Positions 18,186 through 27,358 of a DNA stretch of 31,441 bases are shown here, in pieces. Every line of letters begins with the position of its first letter. Positions within the stretch are counted from its first letter, which is position 1. The notes under the pieces are model-generated. The model made no database searches, had not been told where the DNA came from, and saw only the letters and a list, made by a program, of their open reading frames with translations. The stretch spans positions 1 to 31,441 of IMG/VR virus record IMGVR_UViG_3300030037_000046, one strand, 5' to 3'. The translations under genes were made by a program, and so were the position numbers. The DNA is from a virus. Lineage: Duplodnaviria; Caudoviricetes.

Positions 18186-18439
18186 GTCCATAAGCTCACT
18201 GTTTCTGGTTCGCGGGTGGGGGTGAGATCGTCGGGGGCAGGCAGTGCTACTTGAGTGCCGTGAGGTAGGACGATGCCCAAAGCGGCAAGGCCTCTATTGT
18301 CGTCGAGCATCTGCTCGGTGATCATGTCTGTGCGCCCAAAATAGCGCATGGCGATCAGGTCAACCGTGTCCCCTTGCTGGGCATAGGCGATGCCGTTTGA
18401 TGGATAGGGTTGGCGCGTGGCTGAGGTGAAAATCGTCAC
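18182..18439 (-). CDS. gpX: Tail protein X (LysM-like)
   Basis: AQQGDTVDLIAMRYFG...LPHGTQVALP...VSLW. Confidence 0.9.
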   Translation of the reverse strand: MTIFTSATRQPYPSNGIAYAQQGDTVDLIAMRYFGRTDMITEQMLDDNRGLAALGIVLPHGTQVALPAPDDLTPTREPETVSLWT

Positions 18440-18927
18440 TAAATCAACTCCACAATTGAGCCGCTTTGGTTCCGGTCTCTATCCTCATAATGGAGGATGG
18501 CAGCAATCTCTTCGCGCACAGTGCGAAAATGATCTTCAACGTTGGGCTCCATGTCCTTGCCTTGAGCGCTGCCTTCAGCGGTGCTGTCAAAGTCTGTGGA
18601 CTTTTCAATCAAGAACGCTTTGGCACGGTGAAAAACGGCTTGACGGTAGTGGATGGAAAGAGCGCTTTGAGCGCCGTACCTATCAGCGGGGACAGCTGTC
18701 AGATCCGCATGGCCTGCTGCCTCATGAGCAATGCGCCAATAGTGCAGCTCACGATTGGTGGCAAGTGTCGCGCGTTGTAATTCCTCAAAAACCCGTTCTG
18801 TGGGAATGGCTTCGATAACCCGCATGGCGGTACGGAAATCGCTGGTGTTTAAGGCCGGGAAAAAAGGAAGGTTGGGAACGTCTTGGGAGACAGTATCGGG
18901 GCCGGTGTTGGGAATGAATACAGTCAT
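18439..18927 (-). CDS. gpL: Head completion/stabilisation protein L
   Basis: PFFP...FRTAMR, HYRQAV..RAKA, C-terminal VELI. Confidence 0.9.
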   Translation of the reverse strand: MTVFIPNTGPDTVSQDVPNLPFFPALNTSDFRTAMRVIEAIPTERVFEELQRATLATNRELHYWRIAHEAAGHADLTAVPADRYGAQSALSIHYRQAVFHRAKAFLIEKSTDFDSTAEGSAQGKDMEPNVEDHFRTVREEIAAILHYEDRDRNQSGSIVELI

Positions 18928-19015
18928 GCGGGCCTCGGTGAAATTGTGGCCAGCTCTTCAAAGTCCGTCAGACGGGTTTTCAGAGCTGGCCGTCGCCTGC
19001 TGGGCGAGAGGGGTT

Positions 19016-19732
19016 TTAATCGGCTGCAGCCTTCAACTTGCGAGCCAGTTGTTCCAAGCGTTTTTTAACACCAGACTTTTTGTCGAGTTGGAGGGCGCGC
19101 TCGTAATGGGGGCGGGCTTCCTCGAGACTTTCTGGCTCGCCAGTGGTTTCAAGCGTGAAGGCGATGGCCTTGTGGAGTTTGGCCCGGACTTCATCGGGCA
19201 TATCTTGATCTTTCAACTGGCCAAGCAGGTCGGTGAGGAGATCCAAACTGAGTAACGGCTTGGCCTTATCCGAGCTCTCCGGTGTCGACGTATCGGAGGG
19301 TGGCGTATTTTCGGCCAAGATAACCGGCTCTGAAAACTCCTCAGCCAAAAGCGTCGGTAGAGTTCGTTTGAACCGATGTGGCAAAACCAGTTGGTGTTTA
19401 AGGGCATGAAGAGCAATGGCATAGGCGTCCTCAAAGGCACCGATGTCGATGCGCCAAACCAATTGTGTCATCAGCACATCGTCTTGCACATTTTCATCAG
19501 CCGCCAAGATGCCCGCGACATAGGCGTCATATCGGGGGACCAAATCGAGCTTCAGTTCAATGCGCTTTTCGATGCTTTGCATTGAGCGTAAAGCCGTTGC
19601 ATCTGTTTGCAGCTGAGCAAGCATCAACTCATACTCATTACGGCCTTCCAAGGTGGTGTCGCCAGCGCTTGCACTTTCGTGCGCTGTCTTTTGGGCCAGT
19701 ATCTTTTCTCGGTGGTGTCGAATGATATTCAT
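19016..19732 (-). CDS. gpM: Terminase small subunit M
   Basis: QDDVLMTQLVWRIDIG, DMPDEVRAKLHKA, GVKK. Confidence 0.93.
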   Translation of the reverse strand: MNIIRHHREKILAQKTAHESASAGDTTLEGRNEYELMLAQLQTDATALRSMQSIEKRIELKLDLVPRYDAYVAGILAADENVQDDVLMTQLVWRIDIGAFEDAYAIALHALKHQLVLPHRFKRTLPTLLAEEFSEPVILAENTPPSDTSTPESSDKAKPLLSLDLLTDLLGQLKDQDMPDEVRAKLHKAIAFTLETTGEPESLEEARPHYERALQLDKKSGVKKRLEQLARKLKAAAD

Positions 19733-19772
19733 GGGGTTGCTCTCATATTACCAAAAGGATGAGGGGTGGGGA

Positions 19773-20786
19773 TTACTCCCAGCCGTCGTTGCCATCGGGC
19801 ACGAGAATGTTTTCGGCGAAGGCGGTGAGGCCGTAATCCTCCACCACATAGCTTTGGTTCACGGATTGATAATCTTCGATCCGGTCCCGTTCTGGTTTGT
19901 CTTTGATGTGGCGACGACGCGTGCCTGCTTGGGTGTAGATCCCCAAGTTATCCAACCGGGTGACCAGTACTGCGCGTGGCGGGAAGAAAGGAACGCGAGC
20001 CGATTTAAGCCCTCCAACAGTTTTGTTGGTGATGATTGTCTCTAGAGCGTTGCGCTCTGTGGGCGCGTCGTTGCTGTCCACCAAGCCAATGAACTTATCA
20101 GACAAGAGCTGGCGGCCCATGATGGCGACAAGGTCGGTATCGTCCCGGTACCATTCGTCTAGCAGTTCATCGGCAAGCGCCATGACAGCTGCGTCGATGT
20201 TCTTGAAGTCGGCGTCCCCATGGTCCCCAACTTTGAGGCCCGTCATGTGGTGCTCAGGGGCGTCGGTGCGGATATGCTGCAGCCAACCGATGTTGACGTC
20301 TTGCAACAAGGGATTTGCCACAAGGTTGGAAGTGTCAGCACGACTGGTGCCGTTGAACCCAATCATGATCCGGTCGCGAGCTTGTTGTTTGGTGATGAGG
20401 TTGGTGATGCGGGTTTGGAAGTCTGGGAACTTGGCCCATTGATCCAGCTTCTTATATCCGATGTGAGTGTCGAAGTTGGTTTGGGTGCACTCATATTCCC
20501 GGTCATCGAGTGTGGACGGGTCTTTTGTGGCACGGTCTGCATCATTGGTGTTCTGGGTGCTAGATACCGGGGAGCCAATGTCGAGGCCGAGTTTTGCGCC
20601 TTTGGCTTCAGTCACAGTCACCGAATTGATGTCTGACAGAAACCCGGCAGATTCCCGGATCTTGTCTTCAAGCTTTTGTTCGATGGTGGGCTCGACGGTG
20701 AACTTCTTTGTGCCATCAGGGATGCCATTGAGTTTGGCGATCTGTGTTGTGAAGGCGTCAAAATGGCGGCGGGTTGCATTATCCAT
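19773..20786 (-). CDS. gpN: Major capsid protein N (P2 family)
   Basis: FTVEPTIEQKLE, DRIMIGFNG, NPLLQDVNIGWLQ, YVVEDY. Confidence 0.96.
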   Translation of the reverse strand: MDNATRRHFDAFTTQIAKLNGIPDGTKKFTVEPTIEQKLEDKIRESAGFLSDINSVTVTEAKGAKLGLDIGSPVSSTQNTNDADRATKDPSTLDDREYECTQTNFDTHIGYKKLDQWAKFPDFQTRITNLITKQQARDRIMIGFNGTSRADTSNLVANPLLQDVNIGWLQHIRTDAPEHHMTGLKVGDHGDADFKNIDAAVMALADELLDEWYRDDTDLVAIMGRQLLSDKFIGLVDSNDAPTERNALETIITNKTVGGLKSARVPFFPPRAVLVTRLDNLGIYTQAGTRRRHIKDKPERDRIEDYQSVNQSYVVEDYGLTAFAENILVPDGNDGWE

Positions 20787-20856
20787 GAGGGGCTCGTTTC
20801 CGGTGCTGGTGTGGCTATTGGCTTAGGGGGCTTAAGGGGCTTTCGAGTGTTTGGTC

Positions 20857-21699
20857 TTAGCAATCAGTGAGAGCTGCACCTGTGCCACCGGTGGCGTCGG
20901 GGCGTTGCGGCTGTGCAGGATCAGGGGTTTTTGAAAGGGAGGTCGTCAGTTTTTCAAGCTGGGCCTTCAGGGTGTCGAGTTCAGTTTTTGGAGCGACCGC
21001 CTCAAGGTTTGGCGCTGCGGCAGAGAGGCTCGCCACCTGCTCCTGCAAGGCTTCGACGGCTGTGGCCATTTCCAAAATGCTGGCGTTCATATCGCTGAAG
21101 CGGGCATCAGCGGATTTTGACGTGCGCGAGAGCATCTCTTTGACTTTGTTAAACAGGGTGGGCTCATGAGAGGAGGCGCTTTCGGTTGCTTCTGAAAATT
21201 CAAAGGGGGAACTTTCAAATGCATCAGAGAACGTATTGTCGGACAATTTGTCTTTGAGCGTGTCGCTCAGGCTGTCGCTGTTTTGGCGGCAGAAGGTCAG
21301 CATTTCCGTGCCCAAAGATGCAGGCGTGTCCGTTACGGCCAGGCCAACAAGGTAGGCTTTGCCCGAACCTGCGAAGTCAGGGGCCATCTCAATGGAGGTG
21401 AATACCTTTTGGCGCTCTTTGTTGATTTTCATCAACTTGTCTGTGGGGGCAAGCTGGGCTTTCAACACACGGTTGCCTTCTTTGTCATTCTCAGCTTTGA
21501 GAGACAGCACGTCCCCAAGGGCAGAGAACTCACCTTCTGGCAGGACGCCGCGAATATGCTCGTTCCAAATACGGGCGCCGTAGGTTTTGGGACTGTAGTC
21601 AGCCGCCATCTGATCGATTTGATTGGCTGAAATCTCGCGGCCATCAATTGTTTTTCCAGCGCGGGCAATCGTAACAAATTTGGAAATGAGTTTGGACAT
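20857..21699 (-). CDS. gpO: Capsid scaffolding protein O
   Basis: GKTIDGREI, YGARIWNEH, YLVGLAVTDTPASLGTE, C-terminal LTDC; start MSKLISK. Confidence 0.94.
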   Translation of the reverse strand: MSKLISKFVTIARAGKTIDGREISANQIDQMAADYSPKTYGARIWNEHIRGVLPEGEFSALGDVLSLKAENDKEGNRVLKAQLAPTDKLMKINKERQKVFTSIEMAPDFAGSGKAYLVGLAVTDTPASLGTEMLTFCRQNSDSLSDTLKDKLSDNTFSDAFESSPFEFSEATESASSHEPTLFNKVKEMLSRTSKSADARFSDMNASILEMATAVEALQEQVASLSAAAPNLEAVAPKTELDTLKAQLEKLTTSLSKTPDPAQPQRPDATGGTGAALTDC

Positions 21700-21776
21700 G
21701 TGGCCTCTGTGCGATCTTTGGGGGGCGTGAGTGCTGTTCAGAAGGTTGTTGATGTGGGCGGAAGGCGCAATGAGCC

Positions 21777-21802
21777 ATGAGATGATTTGGGCCATATCAT
21801 CT
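21777..21802. promoter_or_regulatory. Late-promoter dyad (putative Ogr site) between divergent O and P
   Basis: ATGAGATGATTTGGGCCATATCATCT; centre 56 nt from the P ATG. Confidence 0.75.
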
Positions 21803-21846
21803 CGATAATGAAAGAGACGCGGGAGGGGGCTGGTTAGGTTCGGCCT

Positions 21847-23604
21847 ATGGAAACAGCGCGCGCCACTCAATATCGAAAAGCTCAAAACCTCTTCTGGCAA
21901 GGCTACCGTGTGTCAGATATCAGCCGAAAATTGGAGGTTAAGTACAGCACAATCTATTCGTGGATGGCTCGCGGCGGGTGGCGCAAAGCCGCAGTGCACC
22001 AACGTGTCGGGGCGACCGTGGATGCGCGCCTGAATGTATTGATCGCGAAGGAGGATAAATCCTCTCAGGACTTTAATGAGATCGATGTGTTGGGGAAACA
22101 ATTAGAGCGCATGGCGCGGATTGCCAAATATGAAGCGGGAGGAAATGAGGCTGATCTAAACCCGAAAGTGAAAAATAGAAACAAGGGCAGGCGGCGCAGC
22201 AAGCACAAAAACTATTTGAGCGAGGAAGCTGTGTCTCAGCTTCGCAAGGCGTGGCGCTCGCAATTGTTTGACTACCAAAAGGAATGGTGGAAGGCCCGCA
22301 CCAAATATAGAACCCGTAACATTTTGAAGTCGAGACAGATTGGGGCGACGTGGTATTTCGCGCGGGAGGGCTTTATGGATGCCCTTCTTTCTGGCGACAA
22401 CCAGATCTTTATGTCCGCGTCCCGCAGCCAAGCTGAGGTGTTTCGCCAATACATCGTCAACTTTGTGCGAGAAGAAACTGGGGTGGAGCTGAAGGGCAAT
22501 CCCTTGCAATTGGAAAATGGGGCGGTGCTCTATTTTCTCTCAACCAATTCGCGCACAGCCCAGTCCTATCATGGCCATCTATACGTGGATGAGTATTTCT
22601 GGATCCCTCGATTTCAAGAGCTGCAGAAAGTCGCCAGTGGGATGGCCGCGCACAAGAAGTGGCGCAAAACTTATTTCTCGACGCCCTCAACTTTGGGCCA
22701 TGAGGCCTATCCGTTCTGGTCTGGGAAGCACTTCAACAAGGGGCGGCCCACAGATCAACAGGCAGAGTTTGATCTCTCGCATGAGCACCTCAAGCACGGT
22801 CAGCTATGCGCCGATGGGCAGTGGCGCCAGATTGTCACCATTGAAGATGCCGTTGAGGCGGGATGCGATTTGTTCGACTTGGACATTTTGCGGGTGGAAT
22901 ACAATCCGGCCGACTTTTCCAACCTATTCATGTGTGTGTTTGTCGATGATGCGGCATCTGTCTTTTCGCTCGATGCCTTGCAGGCCTGCATGGTGGATGC
23001 CTGGGATCGGTGGTCGGACTTCACACCGGTGCGGGCGCGTCCCTTTGGCGACCGCCGAGTGTGGATTGGGTATGACCCGTCACGCATGCGCGATGATGCC
23101 TCGGCTGTTGTTGTGGCGCCGCCCGCTGAGGCCGGGGGCAAGTTTCGCGTGTTGGAAAAACTGAAATGGAATAATTGCGACTTCGACACGCAGGCCAAAG
23201 AGATCCAAAAGCTAACCAAGCGCTACGCAGTTGAGCATATTGCCATTGATGCCAGTGGTATGGGTTTGGGCGTGTATGAGCTGGTCGCACAGTTCTTCCC
23301 TCAAGTTACCAAGATCACCTATTCGGTTGAGGTTAAAAACCGGTTGGTGCTGAAGGCGTTGCAGTTGGTCCAGCATCGTCGTCTTGAGTTTGATGCAGGA
23401 TGGACAGACCTTGCCCATGCCTTCATGACCATTCATCGCTCGAGTACACCCTCGGGCAAACAAATCACTTATCAAGCCAGTCGTACTGAAGAATCTGGTC
23501 ACGCAGATATGGCTTGGGCTCTTATGCACGCGCTCGACAAGGAGGCCATTTTGCCGCTTGACGAGACCGGGCAGGGAAGCCGTTCTCGCATGGAGATGTT
23601 TTAA
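21847..23604 (+). CDS. gpP: Terminase ATPase subunit P
   Basis: ILKSRQIGATWYFARE Walker A, YVDEYFW Walker B, GYDP and HADMAWA nuclease motifs. Confidence 0.96.
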   Translation: METARATQYRKAQNLFWQGYRVSDISRKLEVKYSTIYSWMARGGWRKAAVHQRVGATVDARLNVLIAKEDKSSQDFNEIDVLGKQLERMARIAKYEAGGNEADLNPKVKNRNKGRRRSKHKNYLSEEAVSQLRKAWRSQLFDYQKEWWKARTKYRTRNILKSRQIGATWYFAREGFMDALLSGDNQIFMSASRSQAEVFRQYIVNFVREETGVELKGNPLQLENGAVLYFLSTNSRTAQSYHGHLYVDEYFWIPRFQELQKVASGMAAHKKWRKTYFSTPSTLGHEAYPFWSGKHFNKGRPTDQQAEFDLSHEHLKHGQLCADGQWRQIVTIEDAVEAGCDLFDLDILRVEYNPADFSNLFMCVFVDDAASVFSLDALQACMVDAWDRWSDFTPVRARPFGDRRVWIGYDPSRMRDDASAVVVAPPAEAGGKFRVLEKLKWNNCDFDTQAKEIQKLTKRYAVEHIAIDASGMGLGVYELVAQFFPQVTKITYSVEVKNRLVLKALQLVQHRRLEFDAGWTDLAHAFMTIHRSSTPSGKQITYQASRTEESGHADMAWALMHALDKEAILPLDETGQGSRSRMEMF

Positions 23605-24587
23605 TGTCAGACCCGATTACCCCCGTAAATACTGAGATGTTCCACTTTGGGGAGCCTGTGCCCGTGCTCGATGGTCGTGAGGTGTTGGATTATGCCGAAG
23701 CGTTCCACAACGGCCATTGGTATGAGCCGCCGGTGTCGCTTTCCGGACTGTCGAAGTCCTTCAGAGCCAATGCCCATCACTCCTCAGCGATCTACCTAAA
23801 GCGCAATATTTTGGTGAGCACCTTCCGCCCTCATAAGCTTTTGTCCGCGCAGGACTTTGCTCGTTGGGCATTGGACTATCTCATTTTTGGCAATGGGTAT
23901 TTAGAGGAGGTAAAGAACCAGCTGGGCGAAACGCTGCGCTTTAAACCCGCACCGGCTAAATATATGCGCCGTGCGCGGGACGGGGAAAAATTCCTTTTCC
24001 AACCCGGCACCTTCAATGAGCACGCTTTCCGAGAAGGTTCCATTTTCCATCTATTGGAGCCGGATCCCAACCAAGAACTATACGGTGTGCCCGAATACCT
24101 CTCCGCGCTCAACAGTGCCTGGCTCAATGAAAGCGCCACGCTCTTCCGCCGTAAATATTATGAGAATGGCAGCCACGCCGGTTACATCCTCTACATGACC
24201 GATGCCCAGCAAGAGCATGGCGATGTGGAAAAGATGAAAGAACAACTCCGCAACTCCAAAGGCCCCGGCAACTTCCGCAACCTACTGGTCTATGCGCCCG
24301 GTGGCTCCAAAGATGGTTTGCAGTTGATCCCAATTTCAGAAGTGACGGCCAAAGACGAATTCTTCAACGTCAAAAACCTAACCCGCGATGATGTCCTGGC
24401 CGCACACCGCGTTCCCCCGCAGCTGATGTCCATCGTCCCCACCAACCAAACAGGCTTTGGCCCAGTGAAAGACGCAGCCAATGTCTTCGTCCGCAACGAA
24501 CTCCGCCCGCTTCAGGCCCGCTTTGCGGAGCTGAATGCGTGGGGTGGGGAGGTCGTGGTTGAGTTTGATGGGTATGAGTTGGAGTGA
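23604..24587 (+). CDS. gpQ: Portal protein Q (PBSX family)
   Basis: WYEPPVS, NQELYGVPEY, SKGPGNFRNL, AAHRVPPQLM. Confidence 0.96.
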   Translation: MSDPITPVNTEMFHFGEPVPVLDGREVLDYAEAFHNGHWYEPPVSLSGLSKSFRANAHHSSAIYLKRNILVSTFRPHKLLSAQDFARWALDYLIFGNGYLEEVKNQLGETLRFKPAPAKYMRRARDGEKFLFQPGTFNEHAFREGSIFHLLEPDPNQELYGVPEYLSALNSAWLNESATLFRRKYYENGSHAGYILYMTDAQQEHGDVEKMKEQLRNSKGPGNFRNLLVYAPGGSKDGLQLIPISEVTAKDEFFNVKNLTRDDVLAAHRVPPQLMSIVPTNQTGFGPVKDAANVFVRNELRPLQARFAELNAWGGEVVVEFDGYELE

Positions 24588-24596
24588 GGAAGAGGG

Positions 24597-25244
24597 CTAT
24601 TTTTTTGGTTTGTGAAATAGCGGGACAATGCAGTGCCGAATTATCACGTCAAGTCCGGTATTTTCACTTTTATGACTGGTGCGAAACCAGAGACCTTGGT
24701 CGGGAATTTCTGTACAAATTCCTATATTGGAATTGTTATCCAATAATATGCCCTTCCATTTGCTCAGTACACCGACTGCGTCACCCACGCGGCAGTATAT
24801 AATTAGTTCTCCTTGGTTTTGGCTTGGCATGCCTGTGCAATACCGGGTTGTTAACTGATCAAAGCCCTCTTGTAGGTGTTGGTACGAACTGTGAATTTTT
24901 GCTTCACCAAACCATATGTAATTATCTTTTGCCTCCACTGTAATGTCACAATGGCCACCAATTTGTTTGTCATGTGCTGCATCGATGCCGCGAGCTTTCA
25001 GCATTTGGACCACTTCAATTGTAAGTTGATCTTCGCTAAGGTCTTTATTCAAATGGCTATTCTGTACGAGCTGGTAGTAGGAATAATCTAGTATGATTTC
25101 CAAAAATTTGGTGCGGTCTTTGTGATTGGATGCAGATATATATGCATACGTATCCAATACTTCTTTAGGTACATCTTCAGCATCTAGTAAGTCCTGAAAA
25201 GTTTGACGCCTAACTTCTTGCTGACTTACGTTTGTAGTGCTCAT
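24597..25244 (-). CDS. PD-(D/E)xK-fold nuclease-like protein (gene 3 of accessory operon)
   Basis: SEDQLT...GGHCDITV...WFGEAK...GFDQLTTRY fits E...D...ExK...QxxxxY; start MSTT overlaps the upstream stop (ATGA). Confidence 0.7.
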   Translation of the reverse strand: MSTTNVSQQEVRRQTFQDLLDAEDVPKEVLDTYAYISASNHKDRTKFLEIILDYSYYQLVQNSHLNKDLSEDQLTIEVVQMLKARGIDAAHDKQIGGHCDITVEAKDNYIWFGEAKIHSSYQHLQEGFDQLTTRYCTGMPSQNQGELIIYCRVGDAVGVLSKWKGILLDNNSNIGICTEIPDQGLWFRTSHKSENTGLDVIIRHCIVPLFHKPKK

Positions 25245-25666
25245 TCTGTCAACTCTTCCAGTTTTTCTTCTGAAAGAACGAAATATGGGCACAGATGTGA
25301 AAGAGGCTCCTCGACTAACTCACCAGTTTCCGGATGCACTAGAATGTTGTCTGTCCAGAATGAAGATAGGGTAATAGCGTCCAAGTCAAATTCTTGTCCA
25401 CTTTCTTCATCAACGTACAAGGCATGGGGTTCTAAAATGGAGTATCTTGACGATGAAGAAAGGAAGTTTATCGCAGCAATTATTTCTTCATCTAGAGTGC
25501 TTTTCCCTGCCAAATTTACAAAGCTTGTGTAGGTCAGAAATTTGGTGTTGCTAATGGGTAAATCCAATAATGCCTCTATTAGAGTGATGCACACAAATTT
25601 GAACGGCATACCCAATAGGGCTCCATCAATGGTCTCAACGAATTTTTCCCGATTTTGTGTCGTCAT
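25241..25666 (-). CDS. Hypothetical acidic protein, 141 aa (gene 2 of accessory operon)
   Basis: Clean ORF coupled to neighbours; LVHPETGE motif; possible winged-helix-like N-terminus (inference). Confidence 0.75.
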   Translation of the reverse strand: MTTQNREKFVETIDGALLGMPFKFVCITLIEALLDLPISNTKFLTYTSFVNLAGKSTLDEEIIAAINFLSSSSRYSILEPHALYVDEESGQEFDLDAITLSSFWTDNILVHPETGELVEEPLSHLCPYFVLSEEKLEELTE

Positions 25667-25687
25667 TTTGACCCTGAATAGTTTATC

Positions 25688-26788
25688 TTAGGCCGAGTTT
25701 TCGTGATCAGAAATTTCACTAAGGTGATGATGAATTCTATCAATCACAAAGTGGTAATCAGCTGTACCCATACAGCCTTTTATTCCGGCTGCCGAAATGT
25801 CAAACTTCGATCCCGTGCCCGTTGAGCCTTTTGATGTACCAGCAAGGGTAAGCTCGGGTTTAGTTGCGATCTCTACCGTTCCCTCGGGAAAACCCTGGAC
25901 CCAACGAATGCTAATTCTGAAAGGTTCAATTTCAGTAACTAGCCCTGCTTTTCCTGCTTCGTGATAAGCTTCTTCTCTCAAGTCTAAAGAATCGCGTCGC
26001 ATTCTTTCGCGCTTGACTGATGCAGTTGTAGTCGAAAACGCAAGGTCAACAACATGTCCTTCATTGCTATCTTTGTACATTTTATTGATTAGAGGGTAAA
26101 GATTAATTGGGTTTTCGATTGGGGTGTTAAGCCATGTGTTAATGATTGCCTTCAGTTTTGAATGCATCATGTGTGCAATGTCTGTCAACATACCGTCTGG
26201 CAGATCTATTCTAGTCTCAACCACTGAAGAACCCCGTGAAACCCAAATTACACTAAATAGCTGAACTGACTGAAATTTTAGCCCAATAACGTCCTGGTAT
26301 TGGTTCATTAGGTCAATAGCTTCGGGGGAATCTTTGACAAGAGACGCTAAATTTATTTTCTCGCGTTTTGTAAATTTGGTTGTCGATGAAAAAACTAAAC
26401 CTATTCCATGATCGTTGGATATTTTTTCTACTAAAAAGAGTTCGCCAGTTAAAGTGTCGAGTATATGGGATGGCAGGCTATTCGGGTAAGCGTTGATGTA
26501 TGCATTACCCTCTGCGGCAGACTTGATTTTTGGAAGCTGCAGGTTTTCAATAATGGTGTCGGCCTGCAGGGCATCAATTTTGTAGAATTTTGTGTACTTA
26601 TTCCCGCATAGATTGTGTTCTTTTAGTGAGTTACGTAGAGCTGGCTTTTTAGACGAGTGGTCTTCTTTTACAATCTTTTCAATTGTTCCGGTCCAACTGT
26701 TGCTTCCATGGATCCCGTGATATTTGAGAATGCTACTACTCATGGTGAATGACATTCGTCTGCGCATACTTTCTAGCAAAAACTGCAT
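25688..26788 (-). CDS. Hypothetical protein, 366 aa (gene 1 of accessory operon)
   Basis: Long AT-rich ORF with GAAGGGG RBS; no motif confidently recognised. Confidence 0.8.
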   Translation of the reverse strand: MQFLLESMRRRMSFTMSSSILKYHGIHGSNSWTGTIEKIVKEDHSSKKPALRNSLKEHNLCGNKYTKFYKIDALQADTIIENLQLPKIKSAAEGNAYINAYPNSLPSHILDTLTGELFLVEKISNDHGIGLVFSSTTKFTKREKINLASLVKDSPEAIDLMNQYQDVIGLKFQSVQLFSVIWVSRGSSVVETRIDLPDGMLTDIAHMMHSKLKAIINTWLNTPIENPINLYPLINKMYKDSNEGHVVDLAFSTTTASVKRERMRRDSLDLREEAYHEAGKAGLVTEIEPFRISIRWVQGFPEGTVEIATKPELTLAGTSKGSTGTGSKFDISAAGIKGCMGTADYHFVIDRIHHHLSEISDHENSA

Positions 26789-26875
26789 AAAACAACCCCT
26801 TCAGTTTATACGGTAGTTGTGCACCACATTGTGGTCATCGGCAACAAGTGATTGCCTGTAGGGTGTTGCTGCGCT

Positions 26876-26894
26876 CTCTCATCCCCGCCGCGCC
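26876..26894. other. P2-type cohesive end (cos) site
   Basis: CTCTCATCCCCGCCGCGCC; last 13 nt match the P2 cos complement TCCCCGCCTCGCC at 12/13; expected position beyond Q. Confidence 0.7.
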
Positions 26895-27076
26895 TTCGGG
26901 CTTTTTGGGTCATTTTCTTTGCATATGCATAGCGTTGAAATCTGAGGCTGTGCTTGGCCTTGGCGGGGCATACCCGCGTTCACAAAACTTCTCAGAATTT
27001 GAAGGCATTGGACGCGCTGGGTGGGCTGGAAAAGACAGCGGATGGGTCACAGGGGAGGGGATATTCATTCGCGCGT

Positions 27077-27358
27077 CGGAAAAAGGTAACAACGGTCACA
27101 CGAGCAAAATCTGTATCTAACCTTTTGAAACTAAAGGATAAAAATGTGACCTTTAGAGGGTCACAAAGGGTAACAAAAAAGGTAACATTTTCTAAGTCAT
27201 TGTTTTTATTGAGTAAAGTTTATTGGGTTTGTGACTTCCAAAAAGGTCACAATGTTACCCTTTGTGACCCTTGGAATTTATCTAATATGACCTCTATCTT
27301 ATTGTATTATATGTTGTTTTTTTTAATGTTACCTTTGTTACCAATGTTACCGTTTTCC
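27077..27358. repeat. Palindromic GGT(A/C)AC iteron array, probable replication origin
   Basis: Twelve GGT(A/C)AC / GT(T/G)ACC copies, a perfect 19-bp inverted repeat (27157-27175 / 27253-27271), imperfect outer inverted repeats and AT-rich spacers. Confidence 0.75.

Noticed and set aside
18185-18191. Holin dual-start motif (Met-Asp-Met)
   Set aside because: Lacks the basic residue of the lambda Met-Lys-Met motif; the second Met is explained by ATGA coupling to X
5099-24496. Numerous 60-220 aa ORFs antisense or out of frame to structural genes
   Set aside because: Shadows of GC-rich coding sequence, overlapping well-supported P2 genes
26823-26835. Palindrome ACCACA-T-TGTGGT upstream of the three-gene operon
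   Set aside because: Single 6-bp dyad with no second copy; could be an operator but is unsupported
27077-27358. CRISPR array
   Set aside because: Repeats are 6-7 bp in both orientations with no regular spacers and no cas genes
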